A DNA stretch of 64,000 nt from Lingula anatina (lineage: Eukaryota; Animalia; Brachiopoda). The translations under genes and the position numbers were made by a program. The notes below the pieces were generated by a model that was not told the DNA's origin, searched no databases, and was given only the letters and a program-made list of their open reading frames with translations. Where the stretch lies: the NCBI GenBank assembly GCA_051362555.1, contig CM120643.1, positions 7,006,001-7,070,000 on the forward strand, written 5' to 3'. This document shows positions 40,445 through 52,745 of the stretch, piece by piece (within the stretch, counting starts at the first letter, position 1; each line of letters starts with the position of its first letter).

Positions 40445-40830
40445 TGTACTGGGTTCTTTAATATACCACCGGGTATAAAATTACTTCTAAGGGCTCTAAC
40501 GCAAACGTGAAGTTCCAAGGTTCGGTACACGATTCCCGACTTGAGTTATGCTCAGAGAGAATATCAACGCAACACCACTGTTTCGTTACAAAATCACAAA
40601 CTGAATTTTATTTGGCTTCGTAGCCTTCTTTATACTTAAAACCGGCGTGCCAGACCTTTAAGTTTACGAGTTTAAAGATAAGAAGAGCGTCTAAAGATAA
40701 GAGTGATTACTGCGATAGGGTAGAGGGAAAGAGCGTCTAAAGATAAGAGTAATTACTATAAACTAATTGAGCCGCGTGCACATGCCCGCGACTCTGATCA
40801 AAGGAAATTTAAAATATACTGGTCTGAACA
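40445..40830 (-). repeat. 5' LTR (386 bp)
   Basis: Identical to 32805-33190; followed on the minus strand by PBS and gag. Confidence 0.98.
40600..40634 (-). promoter_or_regulatory. LTR core promoter: TATA box, AATAAA and Inr
   Basis: Minus strand TATAAA (40634-40629), AATAAA (40612-40607), TCAGT initiator with A at 40602, 32 nt from the TATA start. Confidence 0.65.
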
Positions 40831-42496
40831 ATACTCTGTTTTTCAGTAGCCCCGTGCATCCAAAATATTTTGCTGGTATCTTGATACATTTTCCACTTCT
40901 GACTCCCCCTAAAACGGTCCATACTAAAAAATCAATAATCGTATGGCATTTTTATACAGGCAATTGACCTACTTTTATACCCATGCAGCTATTGCCGAGT
41001 ATTATGGCTATGGAGTGAAAACGTGATACACGTCTGTGATATAAAAATTATTTCTAATAACATAATTTACAAACAATGTATGTGGATCAAATGTGTCCAG
41101 ATTTGTGAGCAAAGGACAACAATATACTTTTTGAAAATGATGAAAAATTTGAAGACAAACCAAAGTCGGAAAAAAATGCATTTTTTCTCTTATATGCAAA
41201 TTAGGTCCCCTGAAGTAATATAAGACTGGCCGGAAGTGATGTTCATATCAGAGATTTGTAATTATGATTATCTTGATGGTCTTGATGATCTTAATGGTAA
41301 TTCCAAAAATATTATTAGAGTTTTTAGTTGTCATCTGGTGAGAAAGAAATTTTCTGCACTAACACAATCATTCCACAAGTGAAGAATAGATAGTAAACGC
41401 GTTTCAGAGATGCACTGCAGACGTCACTGCTTTTGGGTGAAAATTACACGCGATATTAGGTTATAATTATGATATATAGGTAAAAAAAACTGCTTGTCTA
41501 ATGTTTTCAAGTGAGTGGACATGGATATAAGCAAACCATTAAATTTTGACTGCATTTCTATTTATTTGTGTTCGACAAGGGTGAATTTTATTGGGATATT
41601 CTCTCTCTCCCTCTAGTCTCTCACTTTTTTTAAAGCTAATATTACAGAGAAAACCGAGTGAAAAAATAATAACTATAACAGTCAAAATAATCAGAAGTAA
41701 AAAGATTTTAGAGTTAAAAATCTTTTGGCCACTATAGTTTCTCGTCGTAGAAGTTCACGGGGGAAATTTTTAAGACATCTTTTAATTGCATTCCGAGATG
41801 TATTTTTCAAAATTATACACACATATTTCAGCTTGTCTTTCTCCATTTTAACAAATATCATTTCTATAAATATCAAAACGATACAAAGACATTATTACCA
41901 CACAATGAAATGGCTCCTCATTTCTCATGATGGCACTCTCTCCATGCTCTGCGGTCCGCATACTTATTGCAAAACAGTCATTGAGTGTGTTCCCTTACAA
42001 TCACGAATTACTCAATAAATTCATTAAGCTGCCTTTTACCATCTTTAAGAAAATTGATATAATTGGCCCTCATTATATGTGCCACCCATTCCAAGCGCGC
42101 ACACACTCACACATACACAAATCCTCGCACACACATTTTCTAATTTTTATATTCTTTTAACAAATTTAAGTACTCAAATTATGTTAGATTTTACATCAAT
42201 TCCCAAATATCATTTCCCATACTTAGACATACACTACTTTAAAAAGATGTCCGTATTGTCATAACAAAATACGACTGATAAATTATTCCAAGAGCTTTGC
42301 GGTTTATAGAGCTTTATTTCGAAGGAATCTACATGTATTGCGATAGAATACAGTTCAAAGCGGGTCCAACCATTGTAGTTCGCATCTTCAAATTAATGAC
42401 AAAATTCCCACATTATAAGTGGACTGTCCATGTGCAGGTTGTGTCAACAGATTTAGTCAGCCAGTGAGTACACACTGCTTTTACACGGGTTACTTT

Positions 42497-43733
42497 AGCC
42501 TCGGTCACAACCGGACGCATGGATTTTAGGATCGCACGTCCCCTACGAATTTTGGGCGCAGTGGAGGCCGTGGAGGCCGTAGAGGTAGAGGAAAGGTTTC
42601 AATGAAAAGGTGCAAGTTTGCCTTGCGAATCGGAGGGGCCACGTGATATGTTCTTTCAAGCTAGTTGCGAATTGCCAGGTGCGATGGCCGTGGCAACTGT
42701 ACTCGTTTCTTGAGTTTCTATTCCTTCCTGCGTACGTGGCACGCACTCACCACTAACGAAGAGAATGCAACGCACGGCGAATGTAGTTCCCTTAAGAGTC
42801 ACTTTTGCTTCACACTTGTCTCAAACGAGGCAAAACTGACGTACTGACGGTGTCCGTCAGTTTTGCCTCGTGTTCTCCCCTTCTTTCTTCGTCCTCCTCT
42901 CTTCTTTTCTGCTCTCTATGCTTTTTTCTCTTGCCTTTTGGAGGCATACAGGGTATAAGAAGTTGAATCGAGCAAAATTTCAGTTTTGAAAATTGTTTTG
43001 CACGTTGCACAGTCGACGTTCTTTGGCGAGACACGATCGTGCGTCGTAAGGATCCTTTTAGGGAGCATTCACATCGAGAAGAACCGAGGTCTAGTAAGGC
43101 CGCGACCTAAAATGGCGGACCTACATGAAAGGAAGACCGCTAATCTTTTAATGATCTCTCCACCTCTCACACGCCCCCCACGCGTTGTCCCTCGACCGGT
43201 TGGATTGAGCTGAATTTTAATAACTGTGCTCCTGCAGGGACGACGCGTGGTGAGGATTAACAGGATGAGCGGTCTTCCTTTCATGTAGGTCCGCCATATT
43301 TAGGTCGCGGCATTACTAGACCTCGGCTCTTCTCGATGTGAATGCTCCCTTATACTCCAGGCGTGAGGGTGAAGCACGTGCGACGCATTCCTGGTGTGAT
43401 TTCGACTTTGTTTGTTAGCTGTGAGGGCGTGCGCCGTACTCAACAATCAAAAGGCACTTGCTCCTTCATTGATTGCTACGTGCGTCTTGGACCACGCACG
43501 TCTCACTGGCGAACTCCTTGTGAACTTGCGAGGTGAGCAAGTCACGCTTGCGGCCTCGCTGTTCGCAGGTTATTCGTAGAATCTTTCGGACATGTCCAAT
43601 ATCCTCCGTGCGTGCTTACGGGCTGTCTGCGAACTCGAAATTTCGTAAGGAGGACTTGCGTGGGACGTGAGATTCTGCGCAAAATTTGGACGCAAACAGC
43701 CCATAAGAGCCCGTACGGCCTGTGACCGAGGCT
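42497..43733. mobile_element. Non-autonomous TIR element (Harbinger-like termini)
   Basis: AGCCTCGGTCACA / TGTGACCGAGGCT termini; GC-richer than flanks; TSD not clean. Confidence 0.6.
43061..43349. mobile_element. Nested PIF/Harbinger MITE with ~90-bp TIRs
   Basis: GGGAGCATTCACATCGAGAAGA... / ...TCTTCTCGATGTGAATGCTCCC, flanked by TTA at 43058-43060 and 43350-43352. Confidence 0.88.
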
Positions 43734-45293
43734 CAAGGTACTTCACTTCCCTAGCAACTGTTGCTAAGCAACCCTTTGAAATTTTTGGCACTACCCTTAG
43801 AAATGATCAGCATAGTCCAAGGAACATTTGTGCTAAGTTTCATGCTTTTTCCACCTTCTGAGTAATTTTTACAGCAATCACATGTAATTATAGGTAAATT
43901 TCCTTGCATGGTTTCCGCACGTTCGAACACTCAAAGCGAAGGCTAGATTTTGCGTTTTAGAGATGATTTCAAACGCCGATTTTATGCCGATTTATGATTG
44001 AAATGATGTTAAATCGCATTTCTACGGAAATATTAAACCTTCAGGATTTTACAGTTATATGAATAATAACAAAATAGTACATGGTAAATGGTAAAGTTAC
44101 AAGCAATAAAAATGTTACATTACAGAAAGAAGTTGGAGTAGTTTTTACATGCTATTTTTCATTTACATTTTAATACCATACCTTGTTCAGATACCTAGAT
44201 TTATCTGCAAAGTTAACGAGGGTAATGTCTTGTCAACATGCTTGCGTCATTGCCAAGAAGACGGCTGAGGGATTATCTTCAGCACTCGAACCTGCTGTAT
44301 CTTGTTCGACATGACACCTTATTAGATACTCAGGAAGGTTCTCCTATTGCGGTATTATCACCCTCGACAAGAATATTTTGCCGGAAACAGGAATGTGATC
44401 TATCACCTGATCTATGTAATTAATGTAATGTTATCTCTGTGCTAGACTGGTGGACGTTAAAAGGTCCACAAAGTTCATTATTATTATAATATTGTCTAAA
44501 AGGTCGTTTTACCACTTCTTGTTTTCTGTAATGCAGTTTGGTTGTTATTCACCTATAGGGGAAGTATCAACAGGTGCTTGTTTTTTATTTCCGGTGTATT
44601 TATTCCATCATGAATGACAAGATGAAAAACAAATGGTCACATAAATAATGACTGATGGTTTTCCTTCCAGTTGGTGTCCCTTTCGGCTGACACAATGATC
44701 GATAGATAATTTTAATAAGATCTAATACGATGACTGAGCACTTGGTCCATAAACTTCCTTTACACATGGTTGGTGTTCAAATCATAATGAAAATTATGCT
44801 CTCTAAACGTGGAAATCAAATAGATGCCAATTCTAGGATGTACAAGTTACATTTCTGTAAAGGGAGCATAGGGCCTAATTGCGAAATTCGCAACCCTCCG
44901 TTTTTTAAAACGTATTTCATCCCCTCCATTTTTTAAAACGAATTTAATCTCAAGTAACATTGCATGCATAAAGACAGAGGGAACAGAGACTGCCTGCTAG
45001 CCAAACAATATTTTGATTTTGTCACTGAAAAACAACTGAGAATATTTTCTGATACAAACACTCCTCAATATTCTTCTTCTCTTTCAGGGAAAACGCCCAG
45101 TGCAGATTCAGACATGACGTATTGACATAACAACCAATGATATTCTTTCACTTGTATATACTGGTATATCTATATTTTGGTATATCTATATATATATATT
45201 TTGCTAAACGAAACGGGAAGCAGATATCTACATTTCAGCTATTAAGCAAACCAAATATCAGAGTTGACTTTAGTTGCGTTGGAGAGATACAAA

Positions 45294-46388
45294 ATGCTGA
45301 ACTATTCAGCTAAAGATTTTATAACAGAGGACGCCAACATGACGCTCAACAAAACGTATACGGTGGCTTCAGCGTGCACGGATCTGGTATCATGCCTGCC
45401 TTTCATCACAGTGGAAGTCATCTTGTTAGTTGCGACGATTGTTGGCAACATCATTTTCATTGCAGCATTTGCAAAGTTTAAGGAACTTCGAGAGCCAACA
45501 AACTATATCTTGATGAGTCTCTCAATTACAGATCTAGTCACTGGCCTCGTTGCCATGCCGATTCACATAGTCACTGTGTATTTCGTTGACAACTTACCCG
45601 GGTTACGTCATCTCGCATCCGAAAAATATTTTTGTCTGTTTAAGACTGCCACTGGATCCGGACTGATACTTATATCACTTTTTCACCAAACATTAATCGC
45701 ATTTGACAGATACTTTAAGATCTGTCGACATGTCCAGCACGTAAAACTATTTAACAAAAAGAGACTGACCTCGGCCATAGTCTTTACATGGCTGTACGGG
45801 TTGGCCCTCTCCATCCCTCCTTTGTTTGGCTGGAATGATTGGTCCCCAGATAAAGAATGCAGGGGTAATATAGTCCATCCAAAACACATGCGATTCTTGG
45901 TGACGCCGCACCTGCCAATCTGCCTCCTGATAACATTCGGGTGTTATTGCGCCATATTTCGACGCGTCCGGCAGCAAAGACAGAAAATTGGAGTGAACCG
46001 CATTCAGATGAATATGCCAGGTACCTCCACCGCGAAGACAGAAAACCAGACCAAACAGGAGAGAGAAGAATTTCGAGGAGGAAAAGCCCTGTCTGTCAAA
46101 CCTGAGGAATCCAACTCGAAAGGATCATTAGATGAAATGCAAGTCAAAGTGGCAAAGATGACTGCCATAATAGTAGGTACGTTTACTTTGTTATTTATTC
46201 CTTATACGCTTCTGTCAGCGTTTGATGGATACATTGTACACAATAGAGTGACCTTTCATATTATTTTTAACATTTCAATCGAACTGTTGATGCTAAGTTC
46301 AGTCACTAATCCCTTGATTTACGGAATTTTGAACAAACGTGTGGGAAAGTTTATGATTGGGGCATGCCAATGCAAGCCCGTAGAATAA
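45294..46388 (+). CDS. Intronless class A (rhodopsin-like) orphan GPCR, 364 aa
   Basis: Seven hydrophobic segments with GN (TM1), LSITD (TM2), C3.25 and DRY (TM3), W (TM4), FTLLFIPY (TM6), NPLIY (TM7); first ATG 45294; upstream acceptor ctttcag at 45087 suggests a 5'UTR intron. Confidence 0.92.
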   Translation: MLNYSAKDFITEDANMTLNKTYTVASACTDLVSCLPFITVEVILLVATIVGNIIFIAAFAKFKELREPTNYILMSLSITDLVTGLVAMPIHIVTVYFVDNLPGLRHLASEKYFCLFKTATGSGLILISLFHQTLIAFDRYFKICRHVQHVKLFNKKRLTSAIVFTWLYGLALSIPPLFGWNDWSPDKECRGNIVHPKHMRFLVTPHLPICLLITFGCYCAIFRRVRQQRQKIGVNRIQMNMPGTSTAKTENQTKQEREEFRGGKALSVKPEESNSKGSLDEMQVKVAKMTAIIVGTFTLLFIPYTLLSAFDGYIVHNRVTFHIIFNISIELLMLSSVTNPLIYGILNKRVGKFMIGACQCKPVE

Positions 46389-47419
46389 GGGTTTAAGGCA
46401 TCAGGCGGTCGGTATATATGATCAAATGTCGTTCTTTCACACAGGCACACATGCACGCAACAAATATATGTTATGAAGGTTATACACACTAATTTAGGGG
46501 ATGGGGAACTTAATTCGGTTTTGATTAGTTCATCAGTTACAGTCTTTTTCTGGTTAGTTGTTGTGTAGAGTACTTGTCCTTTTTACGGGTTTCGATACTG
46601 GTACGTTGTAAAGACCAATATTTGGCAATTTTTTTGTCTCTTTTTTTTTTTTTTTTTTTTTTTTGGCACACTTTTCTTGATGATAATGGAATAACAATCA
46701 CTTTTAGAGCACAACCACCCTTATTTGTTGTCTTATTCATCACCCCCACTCGCTTCTGTATATTGGGTGGTTTATGCTTCGGAGATCACAGCCCCTAATT
46801 ACGGTGGTACCATTAAACAAAGACAATGTTTATCCTCTTTAATGACAGCATTATTAATTCTTTGAAGAAAATATCGATTGTATCCTTACTGTTGTGATTA
46901 ACTAAGCGTTCGAACGGTGTTTAAAGCTGTTCAGGTGAGGGAGATCTGCTCGAAATCGATACGACACGTTTTAACCCAAATCCGCTGTTGTTAGGCATCA
47001 GCTTGAGTTAGCAAATTCATCCCGATGCATTGGCCTATTATATTCATGCGACAGCATTATTTTCTTATATAACAGTGATTATTGCCGTATTGTCCAAGAG
47101 AATAAGGAAAAATCCTAACGTATCGAACCCCTCGAGCTATCATTAAATTGGGTTTACATATCTGATTTTGAATCTAGCTGATTCAGTTCATGTACTTTAT
47201 TGCGCAAGGAGTAATTGTTATATCCATTGCAAATGTAATTAGATAATTATCTTTATATTGTAATTATTGTTCTTTGTTATTGATGTAAGTATGTATCAGG
47301 ATATTTATATTTTTTGATAAGCATGACATTGTAAAGTAATGCCATATAATCTTCTTTTTCGCTGAAGAGCACATTTTCTAGTAATTCGACTTACTATTGA
47401 ATAACACCTTCAGGTTTGT

Positions 47420-48165
47420 CTATTTTTATATACAGACACTGTATATATATATATATTCTGATGGGTCTGTCTGTCCGCGACGTCGCCGTTGCTGTCGCTT
47501 TCCGACACATAACTGCCAAACCGTATTTTTGTTTTACTTTAAATTAGCCGAGTGGCTTTGTTTTGTAAAGAGACGGGTTTGCTTTCGAAAATCAAAATGA
47601 TCATTTTACATTTACGGTAATTATTTGTTTTTTTTTCACGATTTTGGTCACGTTCGCCCCATAACTGCCAAATCGAATTTGGGTTTTACTTTAAGTTTAC
47701 TGAGTGGTTTTGTTTGGTAAAGAGGCAGGTTGATTTCTAAAATCGGCATGATCGGTTTACATTTACGGTAAGTATTTTTTTTTTTTTGGCACAAATTTTT
47801 TGACGTTCGCCATACAGCTTCCAAATCTTATTTTTGATTTAATTTAAATTTACTGAGTGGCTTTGTTTGGTAAAAAGGCAGGTTGCTTTCCAAAATAAGC
47901 ATGGTCAATTTACATTTATGGTAATTATTCTTTTTTGCGTGAAATTTTCACACATTAGCATTCTCAGAGGCTTCAGATCAGATCATATCAGATCAAAAAG
48001 ACTAATATATCATATCATTCCGTTACACATACGTGGAATAAACATATCCAAGGGAATCAGCATTTTTCTTCAGACTCTAGCGTCCCGAAAATAATCTCAA
48101 AGCTTTAAACTAGGGGCGCTGTCAAAACATACGTCCCCAGGGGCACAGCCTTGGATCGTGTTATT
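47420..48165. mobile_element. Probable HINE-type element with three ~152-bp internal repeats
   Basis: Units start ~47510, 47662, 47813; gtct/gtcc microsatellite near the left end. Confidence 0.45.
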
Positions 48166-48635
48166 TTGGTAAGAGTTAGTTAATTAGGTAGGTAGGCAGT
48201 TTAACCAAGGCATGAGCCGACCACCTCCAAACACTTTTTTCTACGTAATGTCTGAACATTTGACAGCTTTGCTGCCTAGTTTCCTGTATGGTGTCTGTAT
48301 ATTTGTCAGCTTTGCTGTCTAGTTGATATTGTATATCTTAGCACTGTGTGGTTCATTTGTTAATATTCAAGATAAAAGAAACTTCAGTTTATTCAGAATA
48401 ACGTAAATTAAGGATCATGGTTATGTGTATAAGGTTATTTTCAAGTTACTCAACAAACACAGAAGGGTGTGAAAACTGTTTTTTAGAGAAAAATAGTATT
48501 TGATATGCTTCAGTCTGTTTTTGTTCTTGTAATGTTTTGCAATCTGAAATAAAATAATCAGTGTATATATTGACAATTAATATTTAAGATTTTATTCCTT
48601 ACTTAATATTGCTAATATATATGAAATATTATTAA

Positions 48636-48906
48636 AGGGATAATAACTCTTCGTTTCGGCCAAAAATGAATTTTCCTGGAGTAAACAACAATTTTCCTTT
48701 ACATTCAAAGTTAGCTTCTGGGTTTTTTTCTAAAAAGTTTGTTTAGAATAGCCAGGAGGTCACGTGGTCTAAACACAAGCTCAGATATCAGAATAATAGC
48801 TATAACTGCCGTTTTTGTGGTAACACAGAATATATTATATTTCTATGAGTTGTTCACAATATTTTTATTGTGAAATATAGATCTCATACAAAGAGTTATT
48901 ATCCCT
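48636..48906. mobile_element. Kolobok-like MITE
   Basis: TIR AGGGATAATAACTCTT / AAGAGTTATTATCCCT with TTAA on both sides. Confidence 0.8.
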
Positions 48907-49761
48907 TTAATCATATCGTTGCAGTGTTCAAAGTTGTAGCAAAGTACGTTACCAGAAGCAGTTTTGATCTGATATTATGATCAGTAATTTTTCTTTTATG
49001 TTCTAATGCCATGTGTTTTAGAACATGCATCACTCCTTCATAAATAACATGTAAAATCCAACTTTTAGTTGCTATATATAATGATTATAATAATTTTTAT
49101 GTTTTCACTGTATCGTTGCATTCAGTTTTGTCAACTATCTGACTACAAGTTACTGTACAATCAAATTATTTCAACATTAGTTGTCATAGCCCAATTGCCT
49201 GATTCACAATAATACTTAATTTAGTTTATTGGCTACAATTTTAGCTTACTAAGGTTAATAAAATTATTAAGTCTGCTATGAATTTAATAATAGTAATTCT
49301 AATAACAAAATACAACAAAGGTGCCTTTTATAAAAATCTTAAAGGTCGCTTAATTGCTTCATTAATTTTGATCTATCAACTGAACCCAATGCTATAACTC
49401 TGATCGTCATTACGATTTGTTTACTGTCACTGGTGACAGTAGCTCATTTAAGTATATGGCCAATACATTTACTGCGTGACAATCAATAAAAATAAATCTT
49501 TAATCACAAGGTTGACCTTGTGTAGTCGGATCTTCAATTTTAGCAGTGTTAACCTTAGCCCAGGAAATCTTTTGTGAAACAAGCTATTCCAGATATTTTA
49601 TTGCAGAAATTGTATTGATGTTGCTTATTGTTCTTACTGAGACTGCGTATTATTAAAACATGTTGTGACAATTTCTGTTGTTTTTGTTCTGAATTCAGTT
49701 TAGTTTTTATCACACCATAGCAATGATTAATAGCTAGAGAAGTAAATACGATGAACTGCAC

Positions 49762-49966
49762 CAGGGGCGGATCCAGGATTATTTGAAGGGGGGGGGCGCT
49801 TAAGGGCCCCGAAAAATTTTGGTATTTTAGAAGGCGAACGGTGCCATTTGGTACGGTTTAGAACTAAGATTCAGCTAGATAAAAATTCTAATTTCAAGAG
49901 GGGACCAGAAATTAAAGGGGGGGGGGGGGTCAGGGCCCCCCTGACCCCCCTCTAAATCCGCTACTG
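49762..49966. mobile_element. hAT MITE
   Basis: TIR CAGGGGCGGAT / ATCCGCTACTG and 8-bp TSD AACTGCAC (49754-49761, 49967-49974). Confidence 0.85.
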
Positions 49967-52349
49967 AACTGCACCCATTTCACATCTCCTCCTTCTCCCG
50001 CGTTTTCTTTGAAATGAAAACGGTTCTACGTCGTCAAAAACTGAAAATATCGAAAACTACCCTTTTTCGTAAATACCAACGTACATTTTTACCCGAATCA
50101 ACTGAGAAAATATATCGAATGCTGTTTTTGAATTGATTTAGGTAAGAACAGGCCAGCGTGCTTTTCTTTCGTCGAGATCCCTGGCACTTGCTGTACTGTG
50201 TTAAGTCATCGCGTTGTAGTTTATTTATAAGACCGTACGAACTTTGATCAGATTAATAGTCCTAGATACAGTTTATTTTATTCATTTATGTATTTTACTA
50301 TCTTTTTAAGAGGGCTGTGTTATGTACAGGGTTCATTTGGGTCTTTACGGTTATTATATTTAAAGATTTACCAAAGGCGTGCTTTCCATACCTGATTGTT
50401 AATTAATTTTCTGTGGAGACACAAAAGTCACTAAGCTATTCTCAGAAAGAGTGTAACAGCATTGTCAAGTAATATGTTATTAAGATTTTGTTCAGCACTC
50501 GACCCTGCTCTTGTTCGACATGATAGATCAACAGGTTTTCCAAGTGCGGCATTATCGCCTTAAAGAAGATTAACTGAATATTTTGCAGGAACGAGGAAAA
50601 CGTCGTGCTTGCCTATCCACTTGTTTTCTGTCTGGCAGATTGCTTATTATAGTTGGTATATGCGAACTCTAATTTGCTAATTATAAATAGCTGTAGATAT
50701 ACATTTATTTATTTATTTTATTTGTGGGGAGTGTCTGGTTTATACGGACTTTGTTCGGGCCTATACATTTTTAGATGTATTTAAGAGGTAAAGGGGTAAA
50801 ATTTCCGCACTCTCACACAATGTCATCAACGGCGTTTTTTTATGAGCTTAAAAATGTCAAAATCATTTTTTAAGTCAAAAGATGACTCCGGCCAACCAAT
50901 GAAAACAACTTACACCATTAAGTTATTCGGCTTGAGCTACTTTTCCAGAAGAGCACATGTTCACGACGCTGGATTAAACTGATAGCTAATTTTGATGGCT
51001 GACCACTTCAAATTGTGCAATGGGGGCATTTTGACATAACAGGCTTCTCTTGAAAACACGTAGGCTTTGTATAATTTGCAATTTTAAGGAAAAATAAACG
51101 TCATCGGAAATGAAGTAATCATCGACGGACTGGTATTTTATTCCGTTAATATTTAGCGAAATCTAGCAATAGAGTTGACGTAAGAATTATAAAAGTTGTT
51201 CCTATGTTTAATCCATCAAAATCTAGGCCGATGTGACAGGAATGCAGTATAGTCCGCCAGGAACCGTAGTCCGTTCCTCATTATTTTGTACAGGTGACAT
51301 ACTATTGACTAACCCTAACCTGTACTAATGTTAAGGGACCACGGACTTCAATTCCTACATGTAGACGTCTGGCGTTGTTTTTCTTATAAAACCAAGGTAA
51401 AATAACCGAAGAGCTAGTATTACTCACCAATTAAAATATATTTCTTATCACCTGTGTCTCCAAAACATGAAATACACGACAAAGCCGAGAGTCCTTGGGC
51501 TTAGACACACCTAAATCAGTGAAATTAAATAAAGATAATGAAGACAATCATGATTTGCTAAAGGGGCTTTACCCCTGTAGAAATGGGCTATTGGTAAAAC
51601 TTGAACTGTGAAAATATCGTGCACTGATTGGCTGAGAGTAGCTGGTGATTGACAGCCAGCCACAGGTCAGCAGATTCGGAGGCGTTGGTTTTCCGCTAAA
51701 ACCTAGATGCGATGTCTGCAGAGGTAATTTTTGCTCACTGATTTAAATGTATTATATTCCTTATAATCTGTGTCTCCAAACCAGATGAAATTAAAGAGCA
51801 AAATTGCGATAAATGAGTTGACATACAATACATCAACTAAAGCCGGTAATAAGTGACTTGGTGTTCCAACTCGCGATGTAAAACGTGATCATTTTTTATC
51901 TATCTATCTATCTATCTATCAGCTATAACGTACTCATACTGTGTTAGCAATAGAATATTGAGAACCGATCTTGTTGTGCTTGAACTTCGGCATAAAAATC
52001 ATTAAATTTGCGCGCATCGTTCCTTTCTCCGCAAATGAAAATTGCTTATATTACTCTAGCAATTTGGTTACAGAAACACTTGACCCGCGCGAGATACATT
52101 TTTTCTTGAAGAGATGAAAGGTGGAGTTAGGCGAGATTCTTTTTTCACTGTTCAGTACTATAATAAGTTAACAATAACGTTCAACCAGGACAAAAACAAA
52201 ACATAATAAAAAACGTTGTCACGATACATTTATGCTTATGCGTTGTCTTTGTTACAACAATAAACAATGATAAAATATAATTCTGGTACCAGTAATAAGT
52301 TGTCTGGGACCTGTTTCAGAAAACTATTGAAGTCCTTTGGCTTCGACAT

Positions 52350-52745
52350 ATCTAAATTGGTTAGATGGCTCAGAGTTGCCGATAAAAGCTAGATAAAAAT
52401 CGCTTACTGCCCTTAAAAACTAAAAGCCTCGAGTTGCTGGGTAAAAATTTTAATAGGGTTTGAGCTGGATCAGTCATGAAGGAAGCTGTCTTATTTTTTA
52501 TTTTTAACCCTATCGAGATAAATGGAATGAATGGGAGTAAGATTCGTTCCAATTACATTACCTGCCGTTTCAACAATCTCTTCTAGTTGTTTTTTATCCT
52601 CTACAGTTTCACGCCCATACCAAACAGTTACAGCGTAAGTTAAAATAATTTTTAAAACACACCTATAAAAGTTCGTTAAAATAGACACATTCCTGGTAAA
52701 AGCTTTCAATTTCCTTAAAAAGTGCATTCACTGTCTTGCTTTTTA
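52350..52745 (-). mobile_element. 5'-truncated LINE (Rex1/Babar-L2 group) RT C-terminal fragment
   Basis: HFLRKLKAF..ILTNFYRCVL..LTYAVTVWYG...DP...LPS...RFLSSFY, with a frameshift. Confidence 0.8.

Larger units (their letters stand above)
32805..40830 (-). mobile_element. Full-length env-encoding Ty3/Gypsy LTR retrotransposon (errantivirus-like endogenous retrovirus)
   Basis: Two 386-bp TG...CA LTRs, ATAC TSD (32801-32804, 40831-40834), PBS, PPT, and uninterrupted gag, pol and env ORFs. Confidence 0.98.

Noticed and set aside
41735-43892. Enclosing Academ-like element around the nested MITEs
   Set aside because: End sequences are only suggestive; no convincing TIR or TSD could be shown.
45264-45293. 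TTG start extension of the GPCR
   Set aside because: Eukaryotic gene; ATG at 45294 has an A at -3 and is the likelier start.
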